Shown: piece by piece, positions 58,978 through 64,000 of the stretch
Numbering within the stretch: position 1 is the first letter of the stretch
Layout of the letters: each line of letters begins with the position of its first letter
Origin: Roseibacillus sp.
GTDB lineage: Bacteria; Verrucomicrobiota; Verrucomicrobiia; Verrucomicrobiales; Akkermansiaceae
Direction of reading: 5' to 3'
NCBI GenBank assembly: GCA_051251855.1
Contig: JBPOGI010000003.1
Span: 32,001-96,000, forward strand
Length of the DNA: 64,000 nucleotides
The notes under the pieces: generated by a model
The model's database searches: none
The model's input: only the letters and a program-made list of their open reading frames with translations
What the model was told of the DNA's origin: nothing
Translations under genes and position numbers: made by a program

Positions 58978-60165
58978 TTAGGCGGCTTGGGTGGCTGCGA
59001 CGACTTTCTTAGCGGCGTCGAGGATGTCGTCGCCGGTGATGAGGTTGAGTCCGCTTTCGCGTAGGGTCTTCTTACCTGCTTCCACGTTGTTGCCTTCGAG
59101 GCGAACGACGAGGGGGATGTTGAGGCCGACTTCTTTGGAAGCGGCGACCACTCCCTCGGCGATGACATTGCAGTCCATGATGCCTCCGAAGATGTTGATG
59201 AGGATGGCTTCCACGTTGGGGTCGCCGGTGATGATTTTGAATGCTGCTGCAACTTGGTCTTTCGTTGCACCACCTCCGACGTCGAGGAAGTTGGCGGGGT
59301 CGCCTCCGGCGTGCTTGATGATGTCCATGGTGGCCATGGCGAGACCGGCTCCGTTGACGAGACAGGCGATGTTGCCGTCGAGTCCAATGTAGTTGAGGTC
59401 GTATTCACCTGCCGCAACTTCGCGTGGGTCTTCCTCATCCTTGTCACGGTAGGCCATGATATCGGGATGACGATAGAGGGCGTTGTCGTCGAAGCCGAAC
59501 TTGGCGTCGAGAGCGAGGATGCGTCCGTCGGTGGTTTCCACCAGCGGGTTGATTTCAACCATAGCGCAATCGCTTTCAAGGAAGAGTTTGTAGAGGTTGC
59601 TGAGGAGCTTGGCGAATTGCTTACCAGCGTCCTTGCTCAGGCCGAGGCCTTTGATCATCTTGCGCACTTCGTAGCCCTGCAAACCAGCGAGAGGGTGGAT
59701 GAATTGCTTGATGATTTTCTCGGGGCGGTTCTCGGCCACTTCTTCGATATCCATGCCGCCTTCGACGGAAGCGACAATCACGGGCCGGGAAGTGGCGCGG
59801 TCCATGAGGATGGAAAGATAATATTCGTGGGTGAGGTCGACGGCCTCGGCGACCATGACTTTGCGGACGAGCTTGCCTTCTTCACCGGTTTGCTTGGTGA
59901 CGAGGGTTTCGCCGATCATCTTGCCGGCAATTTCGCCGATTTTTGCGGGGTCGCTGTCGAGATGAACTCCACCTTGGAAGCCATTTTTGAAAGTTCCTTT
60001 GCCTCGGCCACCGGCGTGGACCTGCGCCTTGACGACGTAGTTGCCTCCTCCGATTTCTTCGGCAACGGCTTGTGCTTCGGCAGCACTCCCGGCAACTTTT
60101 CCATTAGGGCTCGGCACGCCGAACTTTTCGAACAATTCCTTAGCTTGGTATTCGTGAATATTCAT
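58978..60165 (-). CDS. sucC: Succinate--CoA ligase beta
   Basis: [37 protein letters not shown] and NFLDVGGGA. Confidence 0.97.
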   Translation of the reverse strand: MNIHEYQAKELFEKFGVPSPNGKVAGSAAEAQAVAEEIGGGNYVVKAQVHAGGRGKGTFKNGFQGGVHLDSDPAKIGEIAGKMIGETLVTKQTGEEGKLVRKVMVAEAVDLTHEYYLSILMDRATSRPVIVASVEGGMDIEEVAENRPEKIIKQFIHPLAGLQGYEVRKMIKGLGLSKDAGKQFAKLLSNLYKLFLESDCAMVEINPLVETTDGRILALDAKFGFDDNALYRHPDIMAYRDKDEEDPREVAAGEYDLNYIGLDGNIACLVNGAGLAMATMDIIKHAGGDPANFLDVGGGATKDQVAAAFKIITGDPNVEAILINIFGGIMDCNVIAEGVVAASKEVGLNIPLVVRLEGNNVEAGKKTLRESGLNLITGDDILDAAKKVVAATQAA

Positions 60166-60316
60166 TTCTCTCGCGGACGCGCGAGGCTAACGCTTTGTGC
60201 CCAATTCGCAACCTAGAACTCTTTTGTTTCTGGGGATTGTTGGGGAAGCAAGCCACAGTAGGAGGATGCTATGACCGCCGAGAATGGAGGGGAGGAGGGA
60301 ATAGGAGGTTTTGGTC

Positions 60317-61006
60317 CTACCAAGTGGCGTTGGAGCCGCGGGTGTCGATGTGGATGAAGCCGCTGTAGAAGCCGAGGCCTCCTTGGAAAAAGCCTTCTTC
60401 GCGCAGCTGGAAGGCGACTTCGTAGGCGGCTTCGGAACCGGCCTCGTAGACGAGGTCGAGGGCGTTGTTGCGGGTGTGATAGGAGCGAGTGGCACCGCCG
60501 CACTCCCGATTGTAGGCAGGGGTACGGTAGGCGGAGGTGATGTAGCTGAGGGGAGTGCCGAGGCGGTGGCGAACCTCATCGGCAACTCGCAAGGTCTCGG
60601 GGATGTTGTGCCACAGGCTTTTTCTAGGAAGACCGTTAGCGACACCTTTACGAGTGCGGGTGTGAGGGGTGATGATCTCGTGGGTGCGTATGTAGCGGAA
60701 GGCGTGCTTGTCTAGAAACTGGGCGTAGTCGCCTTGGTAGAGTTCGGGATGGAGCTCTTGGAAGGAAGGCTGAGGAGGCGCGGGTGTTGAGGGGCGGCTT
60801 GCGAGGGCTTCGTTGAGATCGGCGGCGAGGTCGTCTTTGATGTTGTCCAAGGTTCGACCTGTTTCGGCTAGGCGGCTTTGGAATTGTTGCCGTTCATGAT
60901 TGCTGAGGGAGGAGAAGCCTTTGGCTGAAACGGCTGCGGCGAGTCCCCATAGGCTAGCTGATTCGAGCCAACGGCGTCGAGTGATTCTAGGGGATGAGGA
61001 GGACAT
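60317..61006 (-). CDS. Peptidase M15A-like (D-Ala-D-Ala carboxypeptidase/YcbK) with Tat signal
   Basis: TRRRWL Tat-like motif, ITSAYRTPAYN, SYH...ALD and FIHIDTRG. ATG 61006. Confidence 0.85.
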   Translation of the reverse strand: MSSSSPRITRRRWLESASLWGLAAAVSAKGFSSLSNHERQQFQSRLAETGRTLDNIKDDLAADLNEALASRPSTPAPPQPSFQELHPELYQGDYAQFLDKHAFRYIRTHEIITPHTRTRKGVANGLPRKSLWHNIPETLRVADEVRHRLGTPLSYITSAYRTPAYNRECGGATRSYHTRNNALDLVYEAGSEAAYEVAFQLREEGFFQGGLGFYSGFIHIDTRGSNATW

Positions 61007-61099
61007 GGTTAACGGAAACGGGGAAGAGTAGGCTCGTTTGTTCAAAAAATCACTGAATCTTTGGTTCAAAAGTGGGAAATCTGACTTAGGCTCTGGGTC

Positions 61100-62152
61100 A
61101 TGAGTCGCGAGGATATCAAACGTCTGACAGAGCTTTCTTCCTGTGCGGGATGAGCATCGAAACTTTCCCAAGCTGATTTAACGCAGGTCTTGCGTGGATT
61201 GGCTAATGTTGAGGATCCGAATCTCTTGGTGGGTTCGGCGTCGTCGGATGATGCGGCGGTGTATCGGATTTCCGATGAGCAGGCGCTGGTGCAGACTTTG
61301 GACTTTTTCACGCCCATTGTGGATGATCCTTATCAGTATGGGCAGATTGCGGCGGCGAATTCGTTGTCGGATGTCTATGCCATGGGCGGGCGTCCCATTA
61401 CCGCGATGAATATCGTGGGGGTGCCGACAGATAAGATTTCGTTGGAAACGGTGAATGCGATTTTGCGCGGAGGCGCCGATAAGGTGGCGGAGGCGGGTTG
61501 TGTTTTGGCTGGTGGTCATACTGTGATGAATCCGGAGCCTCTTTATGGGCTTTCGGTGACGGGCTTGGTGCATCCGGATAAGGTGATTTCCAATGCGGGG
61601 GGCAAGGCGGGCGATGTGCTATTGCTGACCAAGCCGTTAGGGACGGGGATTCTGTCGACGGCGGTGAAGCGGGGAATTGATATTGGTGGTTTGGAAGAAG
61701 TGGCGGCGGGCCTGATGGCGAGTTTGAATACGCCGGGAACTCCGGTAGCGGAGGCAGGGCTGACGACTTGCGGGACGGATGTGACAGGCTTTGGCTTGCT
61801 AGGTCATTTGATTGGGATTTGTCGGGAGTCGGGAGTGACGGCGCATTTGGATGCGGCGGCCATTCCGGCGATTGATGGCAAGGTGCTTTCTTTGATCGAG
61901 GAAGGGTGTGTGCCGGGTGGTTCGCGCAAGAACTTGGAGACGGCTTTGCCGAAGGTGAACTTTGCGAGCGGGGTGAGTGAGGCGTTGCAGATTCTGTTAG
62001 CGGACGCTCAGACTTCGGGTGGCTTGTTGCTGGCGGTTTCCCCTGAGAAGGTGGCGCAGGCGGAGGATGTTCTTCATCAAGCCGGTGCACCTATTGTGGT
62101 GAAAATTGGTGAGTTGCGTGAGCGTGAGGAGAAGGATGTGGAGGTAGGGTAG
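61100..62152 (+). CDS. selD: Selenide, water dikinase, selenocysteine-containing (UGA at codon 18)
   Basis: ATG 61100 gives MSREDIKRLTELSSCAG-U-ASKLSQ, in frame with DDAAVY, DFFTPIVDDPY, AANSLSDVYAMGG, DVTGFGLLGH and DAQTSGGLL. Confidence 0.93.
61171..61204 (+). promoter_or_regulatory. Bacterial SECIS-like hairpin
   Basis: AGCTGATTT-A-ACGCA-GGTCT-TGCGT-GGATTGGCT. The apical GGUC loop resembles the E. coli fdhF SECIS and lies ~33 nt 3' of the UGA (61151-61153). Confidence 0.7.
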
Positions 62153-62165
62153 AGCAACGGACTTT

Positions 62166-62513
62166 GTGAGGTTGCGTTTGAAAAGTCGGATAGAGCGTAT
62201 AGGAACGCGTCATTGGCTCACCTTACCGCGTTGCTTCCTGCTCACTATTGGAGGGGCATTTGTGGGTGTTTCTGGGTTGGTGAACTTTACTCAAGGCGAG
62301 AGTGGAGGGTGGCCGCTCTGGGCGGGTCTTCTGCTGGTAGCATTAGCTTTCGCGGGATTCCTATTGATTACAATTGGCCTCTTGGCGGACAAGAAAGCTG
62401 CTAAACAATGGGCAGGGCGCACAGGAGGAGGGCATCTGGAGGTCTCCGTCTTAGTGGCTGTGGTTGCTACACCTCTCTATTTTGTTCTTAAAATTTTTGA
62501 GCGGGAATCCTAG
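62166..62513 (+). CDS. Hypothetical membrane protein (3 TM)
   Basis: 115-aa hydrophobic ORF 13 nt after selD. Confidence 0.55.
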   Translation: MRLRLKSRIERIGTRHWLTLPRCFLLTIGGAFVGVSGLVNFTQGESGGWPLWAGLLLVALAFAGFLLITIGLLADKKAAKQWAGRTGGGHLEVSVLVAVVATPLYFVLKIFERES

Positions 62514-62632
62514 GTATTGGACGTACGATTTAGGGTTCTGGCGTTGAGTCGTTGGCAATCGGATGGATTGTTTGGTTGTGCTCGATTGAAGAGCTGAACG
62601 GACCGTTGGGTTGGCTTGGAAAGCGGCGCTCC

Positions 62633-63886
62633 TTATTGGAGGGCGAGGCGCAGGCCTTTGGCTTTATGGAGGGTCTCTTCGTATTCGGCTTGGGGGGTAG
62701 AGTCGGCGACGACTCCCGAGCCGACGTGGTAGTGAGCGAGGCCAAGAGCTTTTTCGTGAATGAGGGTGCGGATGACGATGCTGAATTGGGACTCGCCGTT
62801 GAGCCCAAAGTAACCAAGAGCACCGGTGTAGAGTCCGCGTGGGGTGGGCTCGAGTTCGGCAATGATTTCGCGAGCGCGTTTTTTAGGTGCTCCGGTGATG
62901 GAGCCTCCGGGGGAGCAGCTGGCGAGAGCATCAAGGTGGGTGATCCCTTCGTTGAGGGTGCCGGAGACGGTGGAGACGAGGTGGTGGACCTGTGCGAGGG
63001 ATTCCAGTTGGGCGAGGGCGTCGACTTCGACGCTGCCGAACTCGCAAATACGCCCGAGGTCGTTGCGAAGGAGGTCAGTGATCATGAGAAGCTCGGCCAT
63101 CTCTTTTTCGGAGGTCTTGAGTTCGTGAGAGGAGCGAAGGTCGCTGGCGTGGTCGTCGAAGCGAGGGCGGGTGCCTTTGATGGGGCGGGTTTGGATACTG
63201 TTTCCTGAGAGGCGGAGGAAAAGTTCGGGGGAGGAGGAGAGGATTTCGCGGTCGCCGGTATCCAGGTAGGCTGACATGGGGGCAGGGGAGGCTGCGCGCA
63301 GCTTTTCGTAGTAGGGGAGGAGGCTTTCAGTGCTGACTTTGGCTTCGAAGCGTTGGGCGAGATTGACTTGGTAGATGTCTCCGGCTGCGATGTAGTTCTG
63401 CGCGGTGGCGACGATGCTTTCGAAGTCTTTGCGGGAGAAGTTGCTGCTCCAATCCTCGAAGGGGGGGGGAGTGGGGACGTTGTTCTTTTGGCGTTGGAGA
63501 GAGAGGTCTTTGGCTCCGACTTCGTGCCATTCCTCGGTGTGGTGGGAGTAGAGGAGGAGGTTGCGGTAGAGTCCGAACCAGAATTTGCCGTCGTAGTCGA
63601 CGGTGCCGATCCAGGCGCCGAGGGGAAGGCCGGAGTCAGGTCCCGAAAGTTGGGAGGCACGATAGTTGTCGGAAAATTCTGCGAGGTCCGTGGGCTGATG
63701 GAGGTCGCCCGCAATGATTTGTTCGGGATTGGCGCCGATGATGGAGTGAGGAGCGTTGGCGTCGTGGGGCAGGTTGCCAGAAGTATCGAGGAAGACGGGG
63801 TGCCGGAGATGGCTCAACTCATGGAAGACATCGAGGGGTGCGGTGTTCCAGGGCAGGGGGTGAAGGGTGGCCGATTGTGTTTTCAG
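62633..63886 (-). CDS. pabB: Chorismate-binding enzyme, aminodeoxychorismate synthase component I-like
   Basis: GDIYQVNL, SSSPELF, TRPIKGTRPR, EMAELLMITDLLRNDLGR and PGGSITGAPK. The frame stays open to CTG 63886; the ORF track starts at TTG 63817. Confidence 0.8.
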   Translation of the reverse strand: MKTQSATLHPLPWNTAPLDVFHELSHLRHPVFLDTSGNLPHDANAPHSIIGANPEQIIAGDLHQPTDLAEFSDNYRASQLSGPDSGLPLGAWIGTVDYDGKFWFGLYRNLLLYSHHTEEWHEVGAKDLSLQRQKNNVPTPPPFEDWSSNFSRKDFESIVATAQNYIAAGDIYQVNLAQRFEAKVSTESLLPYYEKLRAASPAPMSAYLDTGDREILSSSPELFLRLSGNSIQTRPIKGTRPRFDDHASDLRSSHELKTSEKEMAELLMITDLLRNDLGRICEFGSVEVDALAQLESLAQVHHLVSTVSGTLNEGITHLDALASCSPGGSITGAPKKRAREIIAELEPTPRGLYTGALGYFGLNGESQFSIVIRTLIHEKALGLAHYHVGSGVVADSTPQAEYEETLHKAKGLRLALQ

Positions 63887-64000
63887 GGCGGGATGATTCT
63901 ACTGCTTTTTAGGCGAGGAGCAACTGTCGGTTTGAAACTGGTATCGGGTTTGGGAAGGTGCCATGGTCAGTGGCATGAAAGTGTGTCTCATTTTGGGTGT

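Noticed and set aside
57919..60216. Long plus-strand ORFs 57919-58923 and 59254-60216
   Set aside because: Antisense shadows of sucD and sucC with no recognisable motifs.
61190..62152. selD starting at TTG 61190, or selD as a pseudogene
   Set aside because: This start would drop the catalytic N-terminal loop. The upstream in-frame ATG, the UGA at the Cys/Sec site and the SECIS-like hairpin favour recoding.

Overview
Core-chromosome segment of a bacterium, probably Verrucomicrobiota. This is inferred from a PEP-CTERM protein, an SHD1-domain remnant, a characteristic C-terminal '...FFRV' domain and a BACON-repeat protease. The window holds about 52 CDS and tRNA-His, with no transposase, phage or CRISPR signal. 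Housekeeping genes include ribD, korAB, tyrS, rnc, mnmG, pdhAB, apbE, bcp, deoC, sucCD, selD and a pabB-like gene. Main observations: (1) A divergent 10-kb cluster of circularly permuted ATP-grasp, alpha-E, transglutaminase and DUF2126 genes. This is a predicted peptide-tagging system that lacks the usual Anbu protease, carries Gln/Ser-repeat termini and has a neighbouring phosphoesterase. (2) selD has an in-frame UGA in a CxxU motif followed by a SECIS-like hairpin, which the ORF track misses. (3) The window looks origin-proximal: four parS sites lie in or around mnmG, the + strand shifts from C-rich to G-rich, and an intergenic array of DnaA-box-like motifs sits at ~11.0-11.2 kb with no dnaA nearby. 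(4) There is a candidate minus-strand sRNA with a C6 loop at ~21.2-21.3 kb. (5) Smaller signals are a perfect 7x14-bp tandem repeat, a shared C-terminal putative sorting domain, a Cys-rich lipoprotein reminiscent of chlamydial OmcA, and frequent leaderless-type promoters. All family assignments are from motif recognition by eye; no database searches were run.
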